A DNA stretch of 64,000 nt from Chara braunii. Its lineage: Eukaryota > Plantae > Charophyceae. A model generated the notes under the pieces. The model saw nothing but the letters and a program-made list of their open reading frames with translations. It was not told the origin of the DNA and did no database searches. The DNA lies in assembly GCA_003427395.1 (NCBI GenBank), contig BFEA01000024.1, positions 1,094,775-1,158,774 of the forward strand, read 5' to 3'. The translations under genes and the position numbers were made by a program. Each line of letters starts with the position of its first letter. The stretch's first letter is position 1. Shown piece after piece: positions 1 through 10,840 of this stretch.

Positions 1-1405
1 AAGTTCATGTTCTGGATCTTTGCTTAGTTGATCTCTACCTTTTGTGCATGTGCTTTCCACTAGTCTAGGCTCTCGTTGTCAAACTCATTACTTGTTGATC
101 TCGTATCCTTTATGTATGTGCTTTCCACTAGTCTAAGTCTTTCATTGTCAAGTTCATGTTCCGGATCTTTACCTTTGTTGATCTCTTCTCCTTTGTGCAT
201 GTGCTTTCCACTAGTCTAGTCTCTCGTTGTCAAGTTCATATTCCGGATCTTTGCTTAGTTGATCTCTTCTCTTTGTGCATGTACTTCCACTAGTCTAGTC
301 CCTCGTTGTCAAGTTCANAGTCCCTCGTTGTCAAGTTCATATTCCGGATCTTTGCTTAGTTGATCTCTTCTCTTTGTGCATGTACTTCCACTAGTCTAGT
401 CCCTCGTTGTCAAATTCATGTTCCGGATCTTTGCTTAGTTGATCTCTACCCTTTGTGCATGTACTTTCACTAGTCTAGGCTCTCGTTGTCAAATTCATTA
501 CTTGTTGATCTCTTCTCCTTTGTGCATGTGTTTTCCACTAGTCTAGTCTCTCGTTGTCAAGTTCATGTTCCGGATCTTTGCTTAGTTGATCTCTTCTCCT
601 TTGTGCATGTGCTTTCCACTAGTCTAGTCTCTGTTGTCAAGTTCATGTTCCGGATCTTTGCTTAGTTGATCTCTTATCTTTGAGCATGTACTTCCACTAG
701 TCTAGTCCCTCGTTGTCAAGTTCATGGTCCGGATCTTTGCTTAGTTGATCTTTACCCTTTCTGCATGTACTTTCCACTAGTCTAGTCTCTAATTGTCAAG
801 TTCGTGGTCCGGATCTTTACTTAGTTAGTCTCTTCTTGTTGTGCATATGCTTCCACTAATCTAGCCTCTCCTTGTCAAGTTCATATTTCGGATCTTTACT
901 TATTTAGTCTCTTCTCTTTGTGCATGTGCTTCCACTAGTCTAAGCCTTCCCTTGTCAAGTTTATGTTTGATGTGGTGTTCCGGATCTTTACTTAATTAGT
1001 CTCTTCTCTTTGTGCATGTACTTTCCACTAGTCTAGTCTGTCATTGTCAAGTTTATGTTTGGTATGGTGTTCCGGGTCTTTACTTAGTTACTCTCTTCTC
1101 TTTGTGCATGTGCTTCCACTAGTCTAGCCTCTCATTGTCAAGTTCATATTGGATGTGATGTTCCGGACTTTACTTAGTTGACCTCTTCTCTTTGTGCATG
1201 TGCCTTCCACTAGTCTAGCCTCTCATTGTCAAGTTCATATTGGATGTGATGTTCCGGACCTTACTTAGTTGGCCTCTTCTCTTTGTGCACCACTAGTCTA
1301 GCCTCTCATTGTCAAATTCATATTTGATGTGATGTTCCGGGTCTTGCTTAGATGATCTTCTTCTCTATGAGTATGTGTTTTTCATTGGTCTAGCTTCTCA
1401 TTGTC
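1..1405. repeat. Tandem satellite, ~80-bp unit growing to ~92 bp and degenerating rightwards
   Basis: Recurrent unit aagttcatgttccggatctttgcttagttgatctcttctcctttgtgcatgtgctttccactagtctagtctctcgttgtc; occasional ~69-bp variants; later copies gain a tgatgtg(g/a)tg insert; no ORF in the six-frame track. Confidence 0.95.
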
Positions 1406-2591
1406 ATATTATTCCAAGATATACTTATTCAATCTCTCACTATGGGGCGGGTGATCGACATTTGGTTGCTGCTAAGGGGGAGTTGATTTGATTAGGAGTT
1501 TTTTTTGTTCCTCTTCTCACTCTTCCTCCCTCACTCTCTCTCCTTCTTCCTCTCCCTTTTTTCCTCCTTCCTCCTCTAGACCTCTCTTTTTCCCCCCCTT
1601 TTATCACTTTGCCTTCTCTCTCCCTCTCTCTCATCCCCTCACTTGGCATATGACTAACCCTTCTCCCCTCACTTGGAAACATTGCCAGGGCACGAACGAA
1701 AAACGAAATCAGACTTCACTTGGTGGAGAAAAAGGGCAAGGGGAGGATAGCCGGTCCCTTGTGCCACCAAGGAGGCAAAAGAGAAAGGACGTTTGAAAAA
1801 GTGGGAGAAAGGCGGAATCCGGAAGAGAACATAAGTTGAGAGTGAGGTCAGTTTGACTCAACCATTTCCCCGACTGCATGGCTATGAGAAGAGAATGGGC
1901 TGATTGAGCAACAAGTGGGAACAAAGAGCAGCCAAAGAATTTGAAAAGATAGGCATGTGGGAAGGGCTATGTGTTGACTCCCAACGGGGGATTGTATGAA
2001 TCTCCTTGCTTGTGTGGGATTGTGCAGGTAAGTGACAGCTAGAAATGCCTTGAGCGGGATAGGGGCAAGAGGAACCGGGCACCAAGAGGGAAAGGGAAGA
2101 GGGACAAAGGGGCTATGGGACCCTTGACATAGAGCCAACCCATGAAAATGACTTTTGCGCTTGAAGACTTGGAGTGTAAATGAGAGTGTAATCGTACCAA
2201 GGAAATTGCGATGTTGTGTGTGCATGCATATGAGGACCCCGAAAGGACTAAGGGGCCTACTTCAATAAGGAAAACAACAAATTGTGAGACCCGATGAATG
2301 CGTAGAGGCGAGGGAGAGGACGGTTCCGCCACACCCCGATGACACCATATAGCCACAATGCTTAGGGAAATGGTGTGTGGCCTAAGGATGACGCTTAGCC
2401 TACGCACAAGAGAAGAGAAACACTCGAAGAATCCTTTGACTGCCTGCGTATTGGAAGGAGTAATTGCATGAGAAAAAAAAAAAAAAAAAAAAAAATCAGC
2501 GTTGCGGAACAACCAGCGAGACTACCACCCGGCGTGAGGGTTGAGCTACATCCTCAATGTCAAAGCTCTGTCGCGCAATGGCCCACCCCCA

Positions 2592-2713
2592 TCCATCTCA
2601 AAGCACTAGGTGGGGGTGACCCTGGGACGAATGGCCCGCGCCCTAAGCATGAGTGTGGGCGGGCCGAGCCAACTGGGACCCGCAGTGGGGTCGACTAAGG
2701 CTCGAAAGTCTAC
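2592..2713 (+). repeat. Dispersed repeat fragment; a diverged inverted copy lies at 63877-63998
   Basis: tccatctcaaagcac..gggggtgac..gtgggcgggccgagccaactgggaccc..gggtcgac..cgaaagtcta aligns colinearly with the reverse complement of the window end. Confidence 0.85.
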
Positions 2714-4510
2714 CGGGGTTTGACCCTACAAAAATGGTGGAGGTGACGGGCATGGGGTTAAACTGACCCTTGCGATTCCGAGGGGGACGCCCGACGCATT
2801 GACGTGTACATAACCCAAGATAAGAAAAATGGACTTGTGTTTGCTCTTTCCCTTGTGAGAAATCAGATTTGAGAGTGGCTGGGCGCATGGCATGACCAGG
2901 CCTGGAGGTATAACATGCATGCTATGCACTTTATCAGTCGTTCCTTTGAGGAATGGCTCTAGCCCTCCTTCGTCCGGTGCTGGTGTTCGCCAGTCCGGGG
3001 AAGCCTTGGGCAAGTCGCAGGTCGACCCTTCCTCTTTGTACGAAAGAAGGGCTCCAGTTACCTGGCAGGCGGTTGGTGTTTGGCTTAGGCCAGGTTCCAA
3101 TGAAAATCCCGTGGCGGAGTGATCCGACCAAACGGGTGCCCTTCTATCTTCTTCTTTAAGCCCAGTGGGCTCATGCACTTTGCACTTTTTTTTGAAATGC
3201 GTGAAGGAAACAACATGAACACAACGGGTCATCAAGAAAGAACAATCCTACCCTATGAAAGGACAGACAAGTGAAGAGAAGGGAAATGAAGGGAGTTGCT
3301 AGACTCCAAGGAAAACTAGCTCACCTTTGAAGATTCTCACGAGAAGGAACCAACCACTATGTATGAAAGTAGGGGGAGTGACACTCATTGTCCTGAGAGA
3401 AAATCTGTGAGTTATGGGTAGGAAGCGCTGGGTGCACCAAGGGAATGACACTTGTACTATGTGTGTCCCACTTGGGACTTGTGTTTGCATGATGGGATTC
3501 GAGCGTCCTGCCTTTCGGAAGGAAAGGATTGGTCTGCACCGGCCAGTGCGGGTTGCGAAATGTCGTTCTCTTTTGTAGGCTGCCGTGTGTTCGTATATGG
3601 AGATCAGGGCGCCGAGCTGTCGGACGGGAGTTTGTCACGTCGGTTGATTAGTAGCATTCTCGTTCGAGTGGTGACGGACTTCGGCTCGATGATCTGCCAG
3701 ACGGGGTGTGAAATCTCTTCAGGTGAGGCTTAGCCTGTTGGCTGGCGGAGGGAGTACCACTGCATGCGGACAAAGACGGAGCCTCGGAGACGATTAGTAG
3801 CTTCTCGTAGCATGGTTTCGGGAAAGGCTGATTCTTGTCGGACCGATGGAAGTGAATGCCCGGACGACTGACTTTGTCCCTGTATCTAGGCACTCGAGGT
3901 AACCCTCGATGTCGGTATGGATGTGCAAAGCGGCAAGATGGGATGGGGTATTCTGGGTAAGGAGAAAAGGGCGAATGCCTTGCCGAGACCTGGGTACCGC
4001 GCTCGCGACGGTTGAGCTGCGCTTGAGGTATGGGATAGAACTCTACCGATAGTACCAGCGGAGAGACCATATTGGGATGGCCGGTGAGGAGATGACCGAC
4101 CCGTATATGAGGTTGCCTGATTTTTTTATGTGTTCCCCCTCTGTAAAAATTGATTGAGCTTGGAGTGTTGGACGGGACATATTTTTAAGTCTATCCCCCC
4201 CCCCCATCTAAGTCCGCACGAGTGAGAGATGATCGGAAGGAAGGAGGATAGAGGTCAATTGGAATAGAACCAAGAGAAAGAATGTGGGCAAATGGATGGC
4301 CAGCCGAGGGAATTATAGGAAGGGGGCACTTAGGAATGGAGAGGTAAAATAGGGAGACCTTGATGAGGGGTCTGAAATAATTCTCATCTAGGACAAGGGT
4401 TAACCTGACCAAAAAGATCGGTTGGTGCCTTTTTATGAAAACAGGGGTCGGGTGCTGAAAACAAGATGGCATGATGTTTGCCTTCCCCGATCTACACTAG
4501 CGGCCCGAAA

Positions 4511-4962
4511 ATGCCAGCAGATATAAAGGATGGGGTATCGGTCGTCCTCCCGGAAAATGGGACGTGGGCGGACCTTGAACCAGCGTATCAAACGGTAATG
4601 CTGGAAGAAGAGGATGCTTTCTTTTGGATAGAAACAATATGGACTAATGTCAGCTTGACGAGGTTGTCACCCCCGAGTGGTTTGGAGGGTTTGAACACAT
4701 TTTGGAAGTAGCCGACTCCATGAGAAAGGTGCATATAGAGTGTGTCTGGCTGAGTGAGGAGTTTTATAGGCTCTCATTGAAATATGGGCCCTTCTACGGA
4801 GATAAAGCCGAGGAAGTCATCATTGTCCTAAGAATAGGCAGGTATGACCGCCTAGAGGTAGAGGCGGAGTCTTGGGACGCCATAGTTAGCCGAGAGGCGG
4901 GGGCCGCACCCTCCTACGTAGACGATGTCTTTAAACTATTTGAGGTGTTGTGGTTCGACTAA
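4511..4962 (+). pseudogene. Retroelement accessory ORF, paralog A (shortened, frameshifted near 4705)
   Basis: C-terminal FYRLSLKYGPFYGD...WDAIVSREAGAAPSYVDDVFKLFE matches paralogs B and C; N-terminal VSVVLP..VMLEEEDAFFWIETIW matches their N-termini. Confidence 0.7.
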
Positions 4963-5268
4963 ATGAGGACGAGGGATCGAACACCGCGAAAAGGTCTGAG
5001 TGTGGAGGGTGCTTGTGAATTGAGGTGTAACATAAGAAAGGGAGTGTGTACATTAGGCCGTAGATGGTGCATAAGGATCGAAACAAGGGGGAAGTGACAG
5101 CAACCGGAAAAAAGGGGGGGGGTAGAATTGTACGTGTATGAGTCGTGGATAGCGGCAAGAACCAGTGTACGATAAGTAGGGAGGGCTGAAAGACTAAAAC
5201 ACGAAAGGCATAGAATCTCGGTGGGTGCAGCAATCGAACTAAGAAAGCAGGAAAGGAGACATTGCAAG

Positions 5269-6060
5269 ATGGTTTGGCGAATGACGTTCTGGGAGGATAG
5301 ACCTCGTGGGATCCTGCTACCAAGAATATCAGAAGGCAGGGTCGAAATAAGCCTGCCAGCAAGAAATGCGGTAAGCAATCCGGTAATGGACTTGGTGGGG
5401 GTAGAGTTGGTGGAGGACACGGTGTACCTAGTAGTGGAGCTGGAATGGCGTGCGAGAGGGGAGTTCGGGGGCGTAAATTTGGACCTCCCAGGGCGAGTGC
5501 ATGCGACGGGATCCTTACACCTGTCGGAAGAAGGGTGGCGGAGCTTTGGGATTGCCTTGGCCTCCGGGGATGACCTTGTGCGAATGTTCGAAGGGGCATG
5601 GCAAATAACCTGGCGGGAGGGGTTTGAGTTTGCAGACCCGGAACGAGATGACGTGACGGCGGAGGTAAGAGTTGCCGCGGCAGGGATCTTCGAGCTGCCC
5701 AATGAGGTCATACAGATGAGTCTACCGCCCTTTCTGTTGAGGCTAATGGGAGGCATAGAGCAAGTGGAGCAGGCGGTAACTGCAGTAACTAGGCTAAATT
5801 TTGACGAAGCGTTAATGTATCAAGAATACTATCGGGCCTTCCTAGAGATGGGGCCTTTCGGGGACGAACAGGGGCGCAAGGTGCTTTGCATTCTACAAGC
5901 AGTAGTAAATACTAGGTCGGAAGTCCCACAAATAAGTGATGAGGCCATGTGGGGAATCATCCGGCGGGAGGTAGGTCGGGGCGCAACCTACGTAGATGAT
6001 CTCTACCGGCTGTACGAGCTGCCAGAGGGGGCTATTACTCCCAGGGGTATGGAGGGATAG
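5269..6060 (+). CDS. Retroelement accessory ORF, paralog B (open, ~263 aa from ATG 5269), unknown function
   Basis: Uninterrupted ORF; motifs VEISLP, VELVEDTVYLVVELEW, TGSLHLSEEGW, YYRAFLEMGPFGD, WGIIRREVGRGATYVDDLYRLYE shared with the flanking paralogs. Confidence 0.75.
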   Translation: MVWRMTFWEDRPRGILLPRISEGRVEISLPARNAVSNPVMDLVGVELVEDTVYLVVELEWRARGEFGGVNLDLPGRVHATGSLHLSEEGWRSFGIALASGDDLVRMFEGAWQITWREGFEFADPERDDVTAEVRVAAAGIFELPNEVIQMSLPPFLLRLMGGIEQVEQAVTAVTRLNFDEALMYQEYYRAFLEMGPFGDEQGRKVLCILQAVVNTRSEVPQISDEAMWGIIRREVGRGATYVDDLYRLYELPEGAITPRGMEG

Positions 6061-6200
6061 TTGGGACTAGAAAAAAGGAATGAAAACACGAAGGACAAGG
6101 AGGGCAGTAGGTGGGCGGTTTCTGAGGATTGGCTGTAACCCTTTGTATGTGGACTATGAAGGGAATCACCAAGGCAACGATGACAGCAAAACGTGAGCGA

Positions 6201-6993
6201 ATGGAACGCCAGCCCCGTGTGCGAATGAAACGCCAGCCCCGGTATCCCGGGCTGCCTTGGAATAACGGTGGACGATGGGAAGTATCCCTCCCGAGTTCTA
6301 CCTATCGGGGATTCGACATAGAATGGCGGGCCGTGACTTTAGGACGGGACGCCACCTTCATGTTGGTAGAATGTCGGTGGACAGGGATGAGACTCAATCG
6401 AGGACCCGGGGACGATCTGTATTCCAATCTGGAAGTTACCGGGACCATGTATCTGCCTGAGATCAGCTGACACTCGTTGGGGGTAGAAATAGCACAAGGT
6501 CATGAGCTGACACCGGTCTTTCGAAGGGTCGCCCGGACGTTGACCCGGATAGGACAATCAGTCAGGGGTAGAAGGAACGTGGGCTTACTTACCCGGGTGG
6601 AAATGGGAGGTTGGAGGGCGTTCAGGGCACCCGACCACGCCGCTGAGATGCCGAGTGCCCCGTTTTATGATAGACCTCATCTTCGGAAGTCTCGCAAGGG
6701 CGCAAGAGCTGGCAGACTCAGCAATAGTCTGGGTAGGCCACTTTCCCTCTCCTACCATTGGGATGTTCTACGATGTCGCTGTGGAGCATGGGCCGTTCTG
6801 GGGAAACAGGGCCCACGAGTTACTGGAAGTCATCCACATCCTGATGTTTAGGGCGCCACAGCTAGACAGGGCGGGATGCGAACGCATAATCAGGAGGGAA
6901 ATTGAGATAAGAGAGAGTTATTTAGCAGGGATGGCTGAACTATTCGAGGAGCCGACCGAACCAGAAGAGCTGCGAGGGCGAGAGCGGGACTAG
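6201..6993 (+). pseudogene. Retroelement accessory ORF, paralog C (in-frame TGA at 6468, frameshift near 6570-6655)
   Basis: WEVSLP..VTLGRDATFMLVECRW..TGTMYLPEIS*HSLGVEIAQGHEL aligns with B TGSLHLSEEGWRSFGIALASGDDL; C-terminal FYDVAVEHGPFWGN..IIRREIEIRESYLAGMAELFE. Confidence 0.7.
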
Positions 6994-7222
6994 CATCCGC
7001 AGGCGGATCAATAAGGCAGATCGAGTATAGTTCGTTGGGTACGGAAGTTCGCCGATGGGAATAAGAAAGGGGCCTCGGACCTGGATGGCTAAAACCCACT
7101 AGAAAAACAAAGAAGGGGGCAGACTCCTAATGATTGACCATAACCCTGAAGGTCAAAAACAGGAAACGCGGCTCGGGAAGACTTCCCTTAGCAGGATGCC
7201 TAACCCGGACTCCCTCGCATCG

Positions 7223-7308
7223 GCCGACGGAACAAGGGCACTACAAACGAGCTTGTGATAAGGGAGCCGACGGAACAAGGGCACTACAAACGAGTTTGTG
7301 ATAAGGGA
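7223..7308. repeat. 43-bp direct duplication in the leader upstream of gag
   Basis: gccgacggaacaagggcactacaaacgag(c/t)ttgtgataaggga twice. Confidence 0.9.
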
Positions 7309-7750
7309 AGCCAAGTCACGTTCATAGCCCGGCTGGGCGGCAGGGCCAGTCGTGGCTCCTCCTTAAGAAAGGGCAATCAGGAAACGGGGATAGGAAAGGG
7401 GGCTATAAAGATAAGCCAACAGAGTTGGGAGCCTAGGGAACCTAAATACCTCGCATTGCGTGTGTCCTGGGAATTCTTTGGCTTATGCAGAGTTAGGCAA
7501 AATGGCAACGGAGGAGGAGACAGATAACCGTTAGAGTGAAGGAGAACCAGGCTTAGGAGGCAGTGCTGCACAAAGCGAAGGGGGGCAAAAGGACAGAGAA
7601 TCGATAAATCCGGATGGTACCAAACGGAACCGGAAGGAAATCTCCACAGGAGAGAGCTCGGGGAAAGCCGGGGGAAGCAGGCAAGGGACTCAGGAGACCA
7701 AGGAGGGCAGAAATAAGGATAGGACAAGCCCCCGAAACTCGGAAAGAGCC

Positions 7751-9703
7751 ATGTCTAAGAAAGTAAGGGTCACGGATGCGAGGCGCAAACTAGTCGAGAT
7801 AGAAAAGAAGACCGTGGAATACAAGGCAAGATTGACTGAGGAAATGATGACTGGGAACGAAGAAGGCCCTCTGCAGGAGGAACCCCGGAACGAACGGAAA
7901 GCCAGCCGAGGTGGGACTAGACAAGGGGATAAAGGTAGTGACCGTGGGGGAACGTCGAGCAAGAGAAGGAAAGAGAGAGAAAACTCTCTGGGGATGAAAG
8001 CAAAAAAGGCTATGTCTCTGCCAGCCATGGATAGTAGGGTTAGCCGCCTGCCGACCACGCCAGCAGTAACACGAGGATGCGAAGGACTTTCGAGCCTTAG
8101 GGAAAGAGTGTTGGGATGGTTTGACCCGGAAGGAACTATGAAAACCAGGGAGGGACAGAAGGCCGGCAAGGAAGGTCCGGATAACAGTATGGCAGGCGAG
8201 GCCAGCAGCTCCGAGGGCGGCCTTAAGAAGATAGTGTCGTCCCTTGCGCGAGCACTAAACAAAAATCAAGGCTACCTAGCGGATGCTAAGAAAAAGTTGA
8301 CGTTTGATGGGGCGAACATCACGGAATTCCTGATAGATTATGAGAATCTGGCTGCGTTGTTGAAATGGACCGAAGAAGAGAAGATGGACCACCTGGGGCA
8401 GCATGTGTCTTTGAGCCTAGGGCGGGACATAATGACCATTGTGGCCACGAGCCGGTCTTGGAAAGAGACCCGAGATGTGATGATGAGAAAATATCTGGCA
8501 GCAGAGAAGATGGCAACGGAGGCCGATTTAGCGGGAGTCCAGAGGAAGAACTTCGCAACGTACAATGACTTTCTACGGGAGTTTACTTTGGTACCACTAA
8601 GAATCCCCGGGGTCACGGACCGAATCATGAGTAAGTACTTCCTCAGACAGTTCTCCGAGTTCGACAAGGACAAGATTCTGTCGGCTTACCAACAAACGAG
8701 CAAATTTGTAAACACCAGGGACGTTGATTTCAGTACGGTAACGGATCTGGCCGAAAGGATGGTAGTGACGGAAATATTGGCCTTGCTTAAGAAAGGGGAG
8801 GTCATAGATTTGACCGGTAGAACAGGCGACAAGGTAAAGAAGGGGATTGAAAGTCTACATGAGCGGGTGCACGGGGTCGACAACAAAATTGAAAGAATGG
8901 AGGGCGCGCTACTGGTTATGCAGGCGCAAGTATCCCGACCCGCCCTCCCTCCCCAGGAAGTTGTGGTTCCGCCAGGCGTAGCCAACCGGGGATTCGGACG
9001 GAGAGATCCTGCTAACGATCAATGCAAGTACTGTACCGCGATGGGACATTATGTGCGCGCATGTCCAAAGCTCAACTATGATATCCTAAAAAGGAGATGC
9101 ACCAGGTCATTAAAGGGAGAGATATTCGGACCACAGGGAGAGCGGGTGAATTGGAACTCACNAGGAGGAATGNGACGAGCCNTTATCATGCTCAATGGGT
9201 TAGAGATAGCGGTCGTNNAAGCTGAGCCGGTGGTCNATATCGTTTGGGATCAACTGCGGGGCCGCGGGCCGCAGGTCAACTTTATCTTGGAAAACGACGA
9301 ACGTGATAGGGTGAACGCAACCACTCGACTAGGAACGGCTGGGAGAAGGATTAACCGTGACACCATTATGGAGGAGGTCGCCGGAAGCTCCGAACCCCAG
9401 GCAGAACCTGAGGCCGAGGAACCAAAGAAAGTCTATGGGAAGCCTAGGGAAGAGGAGCCTGCGGACAAAGTTACCGTTGCTAAGACGAAGTTTCGGTATC
9501 AAATTTCGATCTTGACCTTGCCTGAGCTCGACGACACCATTAGCAAGTTACTAGGGACCATGGTGTCAGTGTCTTTTCAGACCATGCTGCAAGCTAGCGC
9601 TAGGTTGCTCAAAGGGCTTAGACAACTGTTGACTCGGCGGCGGGTAGAAATAGGCGAGAACCCCGAATTACCAGAAGGGAAGAGGGAGGAGGAAGCTCCA
9701 TAA
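7751..9703 (+). CDS. gag: Gag-like polyprotein (probably the start of a single gag-pol frame broken by TAA at 9701)
   Basis: FDGANITEFL capsid-like N-terminal motif; CCHC knuckle CKYCTAMGHYVRAC; next ORF (9707) is in the same frame. Confidence 0.85.
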   Translation: MSKKVRVTDARRKLVEIEKKTVEYKARLTEEMMTGNEEGPLQEEPRNERKASRGGTRQGDKGSDRGGTSSKRRKERENSLGMKAKKAMSLPAMDSRVSRLPTTPAVTRGCEGLSSLRERVLGWFDPEGTMKTREGQKAGKEGPDNSMAGEASSSEGGLKKIVSSLARALNKNQGYLADAKKKLTFDGANITEFLIDYENLAALLKWTEEEKMDHLGQHVSLSLGRDIMTIVATSRSWKETRDVMMRKYLAAEKMATEADLAGVQRKNFATYNDFLREFTLVPLRIPGVTDRIMSKYFLRQFSEFDKDKILSAYQQTSKFVNTRDVDFSTVTDLAERMVVTEILALLKKGEVIDLTGRTGDKVKKGIESLHERVHGVDNKIERMEGALLVMQAQVSRPALPPQEVVVPPGVANRGFGRRDPANDQCKYCTAMGHYVRACPKLNYDILKRRCTRSLKGEIFGPQGERVNWNSXGGMXRAXIMLNGLEIAVXXAEPVVXIVWDQLRGRGPQVNFILENDERDRVNATTRLGTAGRRINRDTIMEEVAGSSEPQAEPEAEEPKKVYGKPREEEPADKVTVAKTKFRYQISILTLPELDDTISKLLGTMVSVSFQTMLQASARLLKGLRQLLTRRRVEIGENPELPEGKREEEAP

Positions 9704-9706
9704 GAA

Positions 9707-10840
9707 GTGACTAACCTTCAGAGGAGCCACGGGGACGTGGAGGATCTCGAAAAAGTCTTTGCAGACATTCGTTTGAGCTTGCCCGACCGAGAGGGCGGCG
9801 AAGTCATGAGATCACCACCCGGGACAAAGCTTAGCTTTCATGCACTGCCCGTAGGGAAACTGAAAATCCAGATCGGGACTCATCATACCGACGCGTTAGT
9901 AGACGGGGGAGCAGAAATCACTCTCATAAGACGAGATTTCGCAACGATCACGGGATGTACCGTAAACAAGGAAGTAACAGAGAGCATCCGGGGAACTGGC
10001 GGGGAAATCCCGTTCACTGGGTACGTCACGAAGTCTGCTGTGAAGGCAGGAGTCAGGGAATCGATCTGGTCGTTTCAGCGGATGACCGTAATGGAGGAAA
10101 TGGACCATGACATAATCCTCGGGAGACCGTGGTGCGCGAACGTGGAGATGATAGGCATGCACTTGCACGATGGCTCATACATGGTAGACATAGAGGACCC
10201 CGTGACCGGCCGGGGAGAGCTCCTCCGACTCCTTGGAACGGGAGGAGACCCCCGAAAGGGGAAATTGGCAACATGGTCGCCGTCGTTCGAGGATAGCACG
10301 CGAAAAGGGGCTTTCGCACGGATGGAAGGTATGAGAGAAAGGGTAGAAATCATGATTGAGGAAGCATTCAACACAAAGGAGTGGATCAAGATGGGCTTGC
10401 CCCAGAAGAAGAGGAGGCAGGAGGACGAAGTCCTAGGTGTTATGGTAGCGGAAAAGGAGTCAGAGGTCGAACTTGGTGCTAGCCTGCCCAAACGGAAAGA
10501 AGTATGCATAGACGTGCCAAAAGTCGCACTCGAGATCCCCGATCTATTACAACTCATCAAGGCCCTCAGATACCACAAGGTAGGAGTGGATTCGGCAGCC
10601 TTGACCAAGTTCGAAAGAGAGGTGCAAAAGGGATATTGCCTGAATGGGAAACTAGTTAGTATTCAACCACGAGTCGTAGAGGCGACGGGGGCATATTCCG
10701 ACTGTTCATTTTTTAGGAGAAAGATCCCGGAAGGAAGTGTTCGAAAGTACAAGCCGGTAGGGAAGAAAGCAAAACCGGTCTCGATCCTGCTAGAGACATC
10801 AAAGGAAGAGGCTATGGAGAAGGAGGAAGAGGTCATTTGA
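9707..10840 (+). pseudogene. pol: Retropepsin aspartic protease region of pol
   Basis: ALVDGGAEITLI catalytic motif and DIILGRPW motif; bounded by in-frame stops. Confidence 0.85.

Noticed and set aside
2039-2512. Possible LINE/SINE 3' end at the poly(A) (2473-2495)
   Set aside because: No RT or endonuclease motifs and no TSD identified.
2720-4100. 5' LTR and PBS of the first Gypsy element
   Set aside because: No match to the 3' LTR start at 14396 and no convincing PBS found by eye.
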